NCBI GenBank assembly: GCA_963662315.1
Contig: OY759353.1
Location: 4,512,001 to 4,576,000, forward strand
Length of the DNA stretch: 64,000 nt
Direction: 5' to 3'
From: Geopsychrobacteraceae bacterium
GTDB lineage: Bacteria; Desulfobacterota; Desulfuromonadia; Desulfuromonadales; Geopsychrobacteraceae
A program made the position numbers and the translations under genes. This document shows positions 56,123 through 64,000 of this stretch, piece by piece (positions within the stretch are counted from its first letter, which is position 1; the number at the start of each line of letters is the position of its first letter). The notes beneath the pieces are model-generated. The model was not told the origin of the DNA. It did no database searches and worked only from the letters and a program-made list of their open reading frames with translations.

Positions 56123-56491
56123 ATGATGAAAAAACGCATTTTATTTGTTGATGATGAAGAAAGCCTGGCTCTTTTGGGAGCGGATCTGCTGGAAGATTTT
56201 GGTTATGAAGTGATCACGGCTTTCAGCGGCGGTCAGGCCTATGACATATTTGTCGAAGAACCGGATCTCTTTGATCTGATTATTACTGATGAATCGATGC
56301 CAGAAATGACCGGCATCGAGCTGGCTCAGAAGGTTTACAGTTTGTCACCGACAACTCCGGTGGTGCTCTGCTCCGGTCATCTCCTGACAATGCAGGAGCG
56401 GGGAATGGAGCAGACCAATATTACTCAGGTCCTTGGTAAGACCGAAATCTGTACCAAATTGCCCGATATTCTTGACGCTCTGCTGGCCTGA
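56123..56491 (+). CDS. Single-domain response regulator
   Basis: RILFVDDE, DLIITDESMPEMTG, LCSG, LGK. Confidence 0.88.
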   Translation: MMKKRILFVDDEESLALLGADLLEDFGYEVITAFSGGQAYDIFVEEPDLFDLIITDESMPEMTGIELAQKVYSLSPTTPVVLCSGHLLTMQERGMEQTNITQVLGKTEICTKLPDILDALLA

Positions 56492-56568
56492 TGGCCACCG
56501 CAGTGGCCATTCTTTCTCAGCGAGGGACAGGGCAGGAACGCTGCTAAGGGACCGCTTCCGGCCGAAGG

Positions 56569-56880
56569 CTAAAGAAAAGTAACAATAAGCAGGATCAGCA
56601 CGGCTGCCATGATGGCAATTGAGACCAATGACAGCTTCTTCTGCCCGTCCCGCTCAAGTGCTTCGAGTGTCCCTACTACGGGAAAACGTTCAACGATAGA
56701 GCGAACATGTGGAGCTTTTGCGAGCTCGTTGGTCAGGTCGGCACCTGCTCGATGGGCATCCAGATGATTTCCCTCTGCCCAGTACGAACTGCTTGTTACA
56801 TCGTAAATGACATTATTGACTGCCACGTAGGCAGGGCGTCCCTCGCGACCATCACATTTCCGCAATTCTGCCAACGTCAT
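56569..56880 (-). CDS. Cytochrome b5-like heme/steroid-binding protein with C-terminal TM anchor
   Basis: EL...DGREGRPAYVAV...YDVT.S.W..G.H...H.AG.DLT....APH, hydrophobic tail. Confidence 0.85.
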   Translation of the reverse strand: MTLAELRKCDGREGRPAYVAVNNVIYDVTSSSYWAEGNHLDAHRAGADLTNELAKAPHVRSIVERFPVVGTLEALERDGQKKLSLVSIAIMAAVLILLIVTFL

Positions 56881-56890
56881 AATAGCCCTT

Positions 56891-58804
56891 TCAGAGATTA
56901 AAATAGGTCTGATTGTGAAGTTGTGCTGAAAACAGGTTTAACAGTTCTTGCCGTTCTCTGACGGCAATCTTTTTGTTCCTGACGGCAGCTTCGATCTTGT
57001 GACGAAAGTTTTCATAAAAGAAGGCCGGATTGTACTCAAGCATATCCAATACTTCGTTGATCGTATCGCCAGATTGCTCTTTCATGACATCGTAACCGCC
57101 ATCATCATTAATCCTGATACTGATGACGTTGGTATCTCCAAACAGGTTATGCAGGTCGCCAAGGGTTTCCTGGTATGCACCCATTAAAAAAACACCTAGA
57201 ACGTAATCTTCTCCGTCCTGTAAGGAATGTAAAGGCATGACCTGACTTTCCCCTTGGCCCAGAATGAAATGGTCAAGTTTGCCATCACAATCGCAGGTTA
57301 AGTCCGAGATGGTTCCCAAGCGGTCAGGGCGCTCGTTTAGGCGTTGAATCGGGACAATGGGGAAAACTTGGCTGATCGCCCATGAATCGGGTAACGATTG
57401 GAATATACTGAAGTTTCCGTAGTAAATATCGGCCAGAAGATACTCTATTCCGTCAAGGCTGACGGGTGGCTGCTCCACAAGCTGTTTACGTTTGTTCATG
57501 ATTCCGGCAGAGGCCAGAAACAGGTTTTCAGCGATGGCACGGTGACGCAGGGGAATCTCCCCGTTTCTGAACAGGTCGCGAATCTGGTCGCGGGTCTGCA
57601 GCGCTTCAAGGTACCCTGCTGCCAGATCAATTTTGTCAGCCAGTTGATAGAGGTGATACTGGCGGCTGATAAGCGGGTGAACGTCTTCTGGCTCCTGTTC
57701 GGGCAGCTGGAGAGGTTCAAAGCGCATAACATCGAGAATATTAAACAGCAGCATCGTGGTATGAGCGACTGTTGCCCGACCCGATTCGGTGATAATGGTC
57801 GGGTGGGGAATATTGCTTGCGTCAACAGTGTTCTTGATCGTCTCAACGATGCAACTGCAGTAACCGGCGAGATCATAATTACGCGAGTGACAGTGTTTTG
57901 ACTGGTTACCAATGTAGTCGACAGCCAGTCCACCTCCCAGGTCGATATACTGCAACGGAACCCCTTCCGCAGCAAGATCGGCATAAAAGCGACTCGCTTC
58001 TCTGACTCCGTTGCGGATTTCTTCAATATCTGGTATCTGAGAACCCAGGTGGCAGTGCAGCAACTGCAAGCAGTCCAGCATGCCTTCCTGGCGTAGCGTA
58101 TCTACGGTTGCCATCAGTTGTGCGGTACTGAGGCCGAAACTGCTGCGATCACCGCTGGTTTCTGTCCATAAGCCGCCGACCTTGGCCGATACCTTGATCC
58201 GCACACCGATGTAAGGTTGAATATCAAGGGCGCGGCTGCGTTCAATGATTAGGGGTAGTTCATTCGGCGATTCAATGACAAAAAAGCAGCGATGCCCGAG
58301 TTTGTTGGCCCACAGTCCTAGATCAATAAAGTCTTTATCCTTGTAACCATTACAAATCAGCAGGCCACTGTCGTTCAGATGAGCGAGGCAGAGCATCAGC
58401 TCCGGCTTGCTGCCGGCTTCAAGGCCGTGTTCGTAGCGGGCACCAAAGCGAACAATCTCTTCAATAACAGCGCATTGCTGGTTGACCTTGACCGGAAATA
58501 CGCCGTTGTAACGTCCCTGATAGCCGGCCTGCTCAATTGCGGCGCGAAAGGTTTCATTGAGGACGGAGATACGGGTATCAAGGAAATTTTCGATTCTGAT
58601 CAATAGTGGTAATTGGTGACCACGATCACGTGCCCCCTGCAGAATGTCACGTAGTGCAATGGCGACGTCACCATTGTCGAATTGATCGTGGACGAGCAGA
58701 TCACCGTTTGGAGCTACGGAAAAATGTGGCTGTCCCCAATGGTTAATGCCATAAAGTTCTGCAGAGTCGCTGCTTGACCAGGATGTTGCGGTTTTTTGTT
58801 TCAT
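56891..58804 (-). CDS. speA: Biosynthetic arginine decarboxylase
   Basis: VFPVKVNQ (PLP Lys), GLEAGSKPEL, CNGYKD, HLGSQI, DLGGGL.VDY, ESGRA, DLTCDCDG, GAYQETLGDLHNLFG. Confidence 0.95.
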   Translation of the reverse strand: MKQKTATSWSSSDSAELYGINHWGQPHFSVAPNGDLLVHDQFDNGDVAIALRDILQGARDRGHQLPLLIRIENFLDTRISVLNETFRAAIEQAGYQGRYNGVFPVKVNQQCAVIEEIVRFGARYEHGLEAGSKPELMLCLAHLNDSGLLICNGYKDKDFIDLGLWANKLGHRCFFVIESPNELPLIIERSRALDIQPYIGVRIKVSAKVGGLWTETSGDRSSFGLSTAQLMATVDTLRQEGMLDCLQLLHCHLGSQIPDIEEIRNGVREASRFYADLAAEGVPLQYIDLGGGLAVDYIGNQSKHCHSRNYDLAGYCSCIVETIKNTVDASNIPHPTIITESGRATVAHTTMLLFNILDVMRFEPLQLPEQEPEDVHPLISRQYHLYQLADKIDLAAGYLEALQTRDQIRDLFRNGEIPLRHRAIAENLFLASAGIMNKRKQLVEQPPVSLDGIEYLLADIYYGNFSIFQSLPDSWAISQVFPIVPIQRLNERPDRLGTISDLTCDCDGKLDHFILGQGESQVMPLHSLQDGEDYVLGVFLMGAYQETLGDLHNLFGDTNVISIRINDDGGYDVMKEQSGDTINEVLDMLEYNPAFFYENFRHKIEAAVRNKKIAVRERQELLNLFSAQLHNQTYFNL

Positions 58805-59646
58805 TACTCAATATTTTCCCGGGCAAAAGTTGGTAGCATGAAGGCGCCAAGATGGAGGTCTTCGTTATAGTATCTGGTATAGAAGCCTCTCGTTGCAGCA
58901 CGTTCGCGATCAAAATCCTTAACCGGGTGATATTTTTTACTGGCGAAGGCAAAACTCCACAAACCACTCGGGTAGGTCGGAATAAAGGCCTGATACATAT
59001 CAACCAGGGGGAATACGGCACGCAGGTTTTTGTAAATATTCTTCTGGATTTCCGCGTGATAAAAGGGCGATTCACTTTGCGCAACCATGATGCCATCCTC
59101 TTTCAGCGCTGAGAACACCAGGCGGTAGAAATCTTCCTCGAACAAACCGACCGCCGGTCCGATGGGGTCGGTAGAATCCACAAGGATGACATCAAATTCA
59201 TTCTGATGAGCACGGATATAGGCAAGGCCATCATCTACATGTAATTTAACCCGTGGATTGGAACCGTCTATAGCGCAGGCCATCGAGGGGAGGAATTCGA
59301 TGGATTTGTTGATGACCAGCCCATCAATTTCGCACAGGACGGCAAGTTCGACACCTGGGTGTTTGACGATCTCACGAATGCTGCCACCGTCGCCACCGCC
59401 GATAACCAGGACTTTCTTGGGATTCGGGTGGGTGAAAAGGGCCGGGTGGACAATCATGTCGTGATAGACAAATTCATCCCGCTCAGTGACCATCACCAGG
59501 CCATCGAGCAGCATCATACGTCCGTATTCCAGGGTTTCAAGGATTTCAAGTTTCTGAAACTCACTTTCTCCGGAAAACAGGGTCTTGCTGATTTTCATTG
59601 CAAGGCCGACATTTTCGCTATGCTTTTCGGTATACCAAAGATCCAT
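58804..59646 (-). CDS. speE: Polyamine aminopropyltransferase (spermidine synthase)
   Basis: LLDG..MVTERDEFVYHDM, VLVIGGGDGG, VDSTDP.GPA..LF, PTYPSG.W. Confidence 0.95.
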   Translation of the reverse strand: MDLWYTEKHSENVGLAMKISKTLFSGESEFQKLEILETLEYGRMMLLDGLVMVTERDEFVYHDMIVHPALFTHPNPKKVLVIGGGDGGSIREIVKHPGVELAVLCEIDGLVINKSIEFLPSMACAIDGSNPRVKLHVDDGLAYIRAHQNEFDVILVDSTDPIGPAVGLFEEDFYRLVFSALKEDGIMVAQSESPFYHAEIQKNIYKNLRAVFPLVDMYQAFIPTYPSGLWSFAFASKKYHPVKDFDRERAATRGFYTRYYNEDLHLGAFMLPTFARENIE

Positions 59647-59862
59647 ATGTTAAATCCCAATAAAAAGAGTATATTCTTTTCGGTCTGCGTAATCGGAAGT
59701 CATTGATGGATAAGGATTGCGCATGTTTCTAGTACCCGTGAGAGTCAGCGCTGTCAAGGCAATTTATGCCCACCTGCTTTTCTGCGGATGAATTTTTAAC
59801 TGCGCTGTGATAAACAGATTGAATTGTACCCAAAACAGTAGCTCATGGAAAGGACAACGGGA

Positions 59863-60675
59863 ATGACAAATATCCAGAAAATTGGTTTTATCGGTGGCGG
59901 GAATATGGCGGAAGCTTTGATCAAAGGCTTGCTGAGTGGCACTTGCCCTGCATCACGCATTATGGCTTCTGAGCCGAGTGACGAGCGCCGGGACCATCTG
60001 GTCGATACCTTTGGCATCGAAGTTACAGACAACAATCTTGACGTTATGGATAAGTGTGATCTGATTGTATTGGCGATCAAACCACAGATTGCGGTGGAAG
60101 TTCTGCAGGAGGTGGCTGGCGCTTATCGCGAAGAAAAACTGATTGTATCAATTCTGGCCGGGGTGACCTGCCTGGGTATTGAAAAGTTCTTCCAGGGGGC
60201 TTCACGTGTGGTTCGGGTTATGCCGAATACTCCGGCTCTGGTTGGTGAAGGGGCCAGTGCCATCTGCCGTGGTCACCATGCCAGCAAAGAAGATCTGGTG
60301 GTGGTCAAAGAACTGCTGCAAACGGTGGGAACGGTCCAGGTTATTGACGAGCGGCAAATGGATGCGGCAACCGGATTGTCTGGATCGGGCCCGGCATATA
60401 TTTACACAGTTATTGAAGCTCTTGCTGACGGTGGTGTGCGCGAAGGTTTACGGCGTGACATCGCACATGCCCTGGCAGTGCAAACCGTGGTCGGTGCGGC
60501 GCTGATGGTGCGTGAGACCGGAGAGCATCCGGCTATCCTCAGAGATCGCGTCTGTTCTCCTGGTGGTACGGCGATTACCGGGGTAAGCACGCTGGAAAAA
60601 AATGGGCTGCGCACGACCCTGATGGAAGCGGTATCTGCCGCAGCTGCACGTTCCCGGGAACTGGGTAACAATTAA
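59863..60675 (+). CDS. proC: Pyrroline-5-carboxylate reductase
   Basis: IGFIGGGNMAEA, AIKPQ, RVMPNTP, TGLSGSGPAY, VCSPGGT. Confidence 0.95.
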   Translation: MTNIQKIGFIGGGNMAEALIKGLLSGTCPASRIMASEPSDERRDHLVDTFGIEVTDNNLDVMDKCDLIVLAIKPQIAVEVLQEVAGAYREEKLIVSILAGVTCLGIEKFFQGASRVVRVMPNTPALVGEGASAICRGHHASKEDLVVVKELLQTVGTVQVIDERQMDAATGLSGSGPAYIYTVIEALADGGVREGLRRDIAHALAVQTVVGAALMVRETGEHPAILRDRVCSPGGTAITGVSTLEKNGLRTTLMEAVSAAAARSRELGNN

Positions 60676-61314
60676 GTGATCGACAATTTCTGGTCTTTTA
60701 CCATCGCGATTACTTTATTGACACTGTTTCCCGGTGTTGATTCTCTGCTGGTGGTGCGTAACAGCATTCGTGGCGGATTAAAGGATGGTCTTTGGACCAG
60801 TACCGGTATCTGTTGCGGGCTGTTTGTTCATGCAACATTGTCGGCCCTTGGTATTTCAGCCTTTCTGCTTCATTCGGCCACCGCCTACCAACTGCTCAAG
60901 TTGGCTGGTGGTGGCTACCTGATGTGGCTGGGCGTGATCAATCTATGGAATGCCCGCTTGCAAAGCCCACCACAGTTTTGTGCTGCTGCGCCGGTTTCCC
61001 GACAAAATTCCTCCTGGCTCAAGTCTTTGCGTGAGGGGTTGATCTGCAATGTTTCCAATCCGAAAACGTTGTTGTTCTACATGGCTTTTTTACCGCAGTT
61101 CATTAATCCGCAGCGTTCTACCCTTAAGCAGTCGTTGGCTATGGCCGCAGTTCATTTTGTCATTGCCATGGTTTATCAGGGCGCTCTCGCCGGAGCGGCT
61201 TTAAAGATAAAGACCCTGTTCAGGGCGGGCGGGCGTTGGCAATGCCTTGCTGACCGAATGATCGGACTGCTGCTGGTCAGTTTTGGCTGTATGGTGTTCT
61301 GGGATCAGCGCTAA
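60676..61314 (+). CDS. LysE/RhtB-family translocator
   Basis: PGVDSLLVVRNS..GG, LKLAGGGYL.WLG, G...NVSNPK..LFY.AFLPQF. Confidence 0.9.
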   Translation: MIDNFWSFTIAITLLTLFPGVDSLLVVRNSIRGGLKDGLWTSTGICCGLFVHATLSALGISAFLLHSATAYQLLKLAGGGYLMWLGVINLWNARLQSPPQFCAAAPVSRQNSSWLKSLREGLICNVSNPKTLLFYMAFLPQFINPQRSTLKQSLAMAAVHFVIAMVYQGALAGAALKIKTLFRAGGRWQCLADRMIGLLLVSFGCMVFWDQR

Positions 61315-62129
61315 TTACTTTGCTCAGGTGACCGCAGGTAATGGTCTGCGACAATGAGCTGTAAATTCCGCTGAACTGTTGGCGGGCCACAGATAAGAAG
61401 ACGATCGCGGTAAGGAGAGTAAGGTTGACCTGCCGGGTTGGTTGCAACACAGCCACTTTCTTCCAGAAACAGCAAGGCGGCAGCGACATCATAAGACTGC
61501 AGGTCACTTTCCCAGAAACCCTGTAGAAAACCGCCCGCGACATAGCTCAGGTCGAGGGCAGCAGAACCGAAACGGCGCAGGCCTCGACAGCGGTAAAGGA
61601 TATCTTCGGCACAGGCAAAAAAGGCTTTGGCCAGGTCGGGGGAACGGTAAGGAAAGCCGGTGCCGACCAGCGCTTGCTGCAGGGGCGGGTTTGGCACCTG
61701 ATGACGGCGCGTGCCATTGTAGTAGAGCCCTGATCCGCGTACCGCGCTGAAACATTCCTTAGACATGGGGCGATACACCATGCCAAGCTGAGTGCTTTGT
61801 TTGTCTTCCAGCGCTACTGAAATGCTGAACTGATCAAGACCACTGAGAAAATTGGTGGTTCCGTCCAGCGGATCAATAACCCAGCGTAATGTATCATTTC
61901 CCTGTTTGCCGCTTTCCTCAGCATAAAAACCCGCCTCGGGAAGTAAATTCTGCAGCCCGGCGATCAGGAGTTCTTCGGAATGAATATCGACTTCTGAGAC
62001 GAACTCACGTACATCCTTTTCGGAACCCCAGCCGACCGGGTGTTTACGAAAGGCCGAGATCTGATATTCGCCAACCTGCGCGACAAGCTGGCGAAGCTGT
62101 CTGAGTAGTTCCTGAAGACTGGCTGTCAA
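61311..62129 (-). CDS. suhB: Inositol monophosphatase family protein (SuhB-like)
   Basis: VSEVD..SE, AEE, WVIDPLDGTTNF, TGFPY, RRFGSAALDL.YVA.G, YDVAA. Confidence 0.85.
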   Translation of the reverse strand: MTASLQELLRQLRQLVAQVGEYQISAFRKHPVGWGSEKDVREFVSEVDIHSEELLIAGLQNLLPEAGFYAEESGKQGNDTLRWVIDPLDGTTNFLSGLDQFSISVALEDKQSTQLGMVYRPMSKECFSAVRGSGLYYNGTRRHQVPNPPLQQALVGTGFPYRSPDLAKAFFACAEDILYRCRGLRRFGSAALDLSYVAGGFLQGFWESDLQSYDVAAALLFLEESGCVATNPAGQPYSPYRDRLLICGPPTVQRNLQLIVADHYLRSPEQSN

Positions 62130-63256
62130 AGGAGTTTTCCCCGACTGCTGAAGTAGCGGTTGTAAGGGTTGAATGAACGCCGGTACTGCCTGATCTCGAG
62201 AATAATAATATTAATAATGCTGGCAATCGGAACACCGATGATCATCCCAATGACACCGTAGATCTTACCTCCCATGACAATAGCGAGAATCACCCATAGC
62301 GGGTGCAGGTTTGATACTTTTGAAATCAGAATCGGGATCAGGATAAAGTTATCAAGAATGATCTGGGCGATAAAGATGTAGAGAACAAAAATCCACCAGA
62401 ACTGTCCGCCCAGACCCAGGTCGACAAGGGCAATGATCAGGCCTGGCAGCATGCCGACAATCGGGCCAATGTAGGGCACCAGGTTGGTGACTCCGGCAAT
62501 AATTCCGAGAATCGGCGCATAGCGGATATCGGTCAGGGTTAACCCGAACCATACCACCAGGCCGATAATCAGAGCTTCGATAATGCGGCCGCGGATGAAA
62601 TGGGCCAACTGCCAGCTGATATGGGCGTAAATATCCAGAACCATTTCAAAGTAACGATTCGGGGTCAGGGAAATCAGGCTGCGCATGATCCGTCTGCTGT
62701 CACGCAAGAAAAAGAACGAAAAAAGAGGGACCAGTAACATTAAGCTACCAAGACGCATGGCTGAGCGGGGCGTTTCCGTAATCAGCCAGCCAATGAAATT
62801 TTGTGACGCGGCACGCATGCGCTCGGCAATATCGTAATTTTTCACAAAGGGGAAGTGGTCCTGAACTTTTGCCAGCAAGCTGCTCGTATATTCGATGGCA
62901 TGGCTGATATAGCGAGGAAAATCAGCTTTTAACGCCTGTATCATCCCTTTCCAATTGGGCGGGCCAATAATCAGCATCAACAGCACGATGATGGCGGCCA
63001 ACAGAATATACACAATAAAAATGCTGGCTGTGCGGCTGACATGGGCACTTTCAAAAAACTGGACAACGGGGTCAAGTAAGAACGACAGAATCAGCGAAAG
63101 CAGAATCGGCAGGAACAGTCCGCTGGTTGCTGTTTTGAACAATCCGGTAAAGGCGGAGGCGGATGAATAGATAATGATACCCGAAGCAATACCCGTGGTC
63201 AGTACAAGATAAAGGACAGCAACCTGAGAGCGGCTCCAGTGATTCTGCTCATTCAT
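62126..63256 (-). CDS. AI-2E (PerM-like) family transporter
   Basis: Multi-TM; FIRGRIIE, NLVPYIGP, LHPL, GGKIYG.IGM..GVP. Confidence 0.88.
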   Translation of the reverse strand: MNEQNHWSRSQVAVLYLVLTTGIASGIIIYSSASAFTGLFKTATSGLFLPILLSLILSFLLDPVVQFFESAHVSRTASIFIVYILLAAIIVLLMLIIGPPNWKGMIQALKADFPRYISHAIEYTSSLLAKVQDHFPFVKNYDIAERMRAASQNFIGWLITETPRSAMRLGSLMLLVPLFSFFFLRDSRRIMRSLISLTPNRYFEMVLDIYAHISWQLAHFIRGRIIEALIIGLVVWFGLTLTDIRYAPILGIIAGVTNLVPYIGPIVGMLPGLIIALVDLGLGGQFWWIFVLYIFIAQIILDNFILIPILISKVSNLHPLWVILAIVMGGKIYGVIGMIIGVPIASIINIIILEIRQYRRSFNPYNRYFSSRGKLL

Positions 63257-63779
63257 GTTTGAGATGCTCCAGTTCGCTACTGTACTGCTTCTTCAACGCA
63301 TCAAGTTGAGCGCTGCACTGTAGCAGGCGATCACTGATGACCCGATTAAGAGCAAGCAGAATTTTTGCCGCCGGAACCGGGTGGCGCCGGACTGTGTCGA
63401 GAAAGTCCGAGCGAAACAGCCCCACCAGGACGGTTGCTTCAGTGGTTCGCGACGCGGCGTTTCTAGGTCGTGAGGCTGTAAGCGCAACTTCGCCAAAAAA
63501 ATCACCAGCTTCCAAGAGCGTAATATCCTGCTCTAGACCAAGCTCGTCATGTTTGTAAATCTGGACTTTTCCGCTGCGGATGAGATACATTCCCGACCCA
63601 ATATCCCCCTCACTGAAGATAATTTCATCTGGAGCATAATTACGGATATGGACGGTGTTTTCCAGCAGTGCCAGTTCACGTTTCTCAAGTTTGCTGAAAA
63701 TCGGAATAGTGCTGAGAAAATAATTCAGAGTGTTTTCGTAACCGCGATTGCGGAAGATATTCTGCCAGAATGGGTTCAC
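63249..63779 (-). CDS. Cyclic nucleotide-binding domain protein
   Basis: IPIFSKL, IFSEGD.G.GMY.I.SG.V.I, GDFFGE.AL...PR.A; GTG 63779 after AAGGT preferred, ORF open to 63881. Confidence 0.85.
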   Translation of the reverse strand: MNPFWQNIFRNRGYENTLNYFLSTIPIFSKLEKRELALLENTVHIRNYAPDEIIFSEGDIGSGMYLIRSGKVQIYKHDELGLEQDITLLEAGDFFGEVALTASRPRNAASRTTEATVLVGLFRSDFLDTVRRHPVPAAKILLALNRVISDRLLQCSAQLDALKKQYSSELEHLKHE

Positions 63780-64000
63780 AAACGGTACCTTTACAAAAAT
63801 GAGCAGCTCAGTTTCCATTTGCTGCTCGCCATTGGTCCTCTCAAAGTAAAGTGCTATTATACCAAGTTGTGACATTCGCACCAGACAAAAAGTTGGCGGT
63901 GGTAGCCGTCACTGTGCAATCAGGATGGTCTTTTCCATTTGTTGATAAATATTTATGATTGATATCGATTTAAGCAAATATCCCATGGCACCAGGCATCT

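Noticed and set aside
1..64000. Numerous short antisense or alternate-frame ORFs in the track (e.g. 12322..13146, 17045..17725, 14349..15038)
   Set aside because: They overlap well-supported genes and show no recognisable motifs; expected shadow ORFs
1..64000. CRISPR array, tRNA, rRNA or prophage
   Set aside because: No regularly spaced repeats, cloverleaf or rRNA-like sequence, or phage genes recognised by eye; a covariance-model scan was not possible

Overview
A 64 kb bacterial chromosomal window. Gene content and order (anaerobic cbi cobalamin genes, GH57-galT-glgA, trkAH, pgeF-rluD, speE-speA, sigma54 regulation) suggest an anaerobic deltaproteobacterium, probably Desulfuromonadales-like; this placement is inference. 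In order, the window holds: (1) the 3' part of an anaerobic cobalamin operon with two cbiL-like paralogs and a Gate-domain membrane protein; (2) peroxiredoxin, an OsmC-like gene, a candidate leaderless 43-aa membrane or secreted peptide, and a radical SAM gene; (3) a glycogen operon ending in a GH13-glycogen synthase fusion; (4) the most notable locus, a type III PKS cluster (FAD monooxygenase, membrane kinase, sigma54 activator, sigma54 promoter, duplicated stand-alone receiver, YceI, T3PKS, MMPL/RND, secreted protein, UbiE-type methyltransferase) that may make and sense an alkylresorcinol/alkylquinone-like lipid; (5) a ~10 kb accessory region with surface lipoprotein hydrolases, two AraC paralogs, a shared candidate operator, a damaged IS4 element, a gene remnant and a MITE-like palindrome; (6) SDR, MoxR-DUF58-transglutaminase, Zn-ADH, AmrS, an orphan DctP beside a hybrid kinase, and housekeeping genes. 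No rRNA, tRNA or CRISPR array was recognised. All calls rest on motif recognition by eye, with no database searches.
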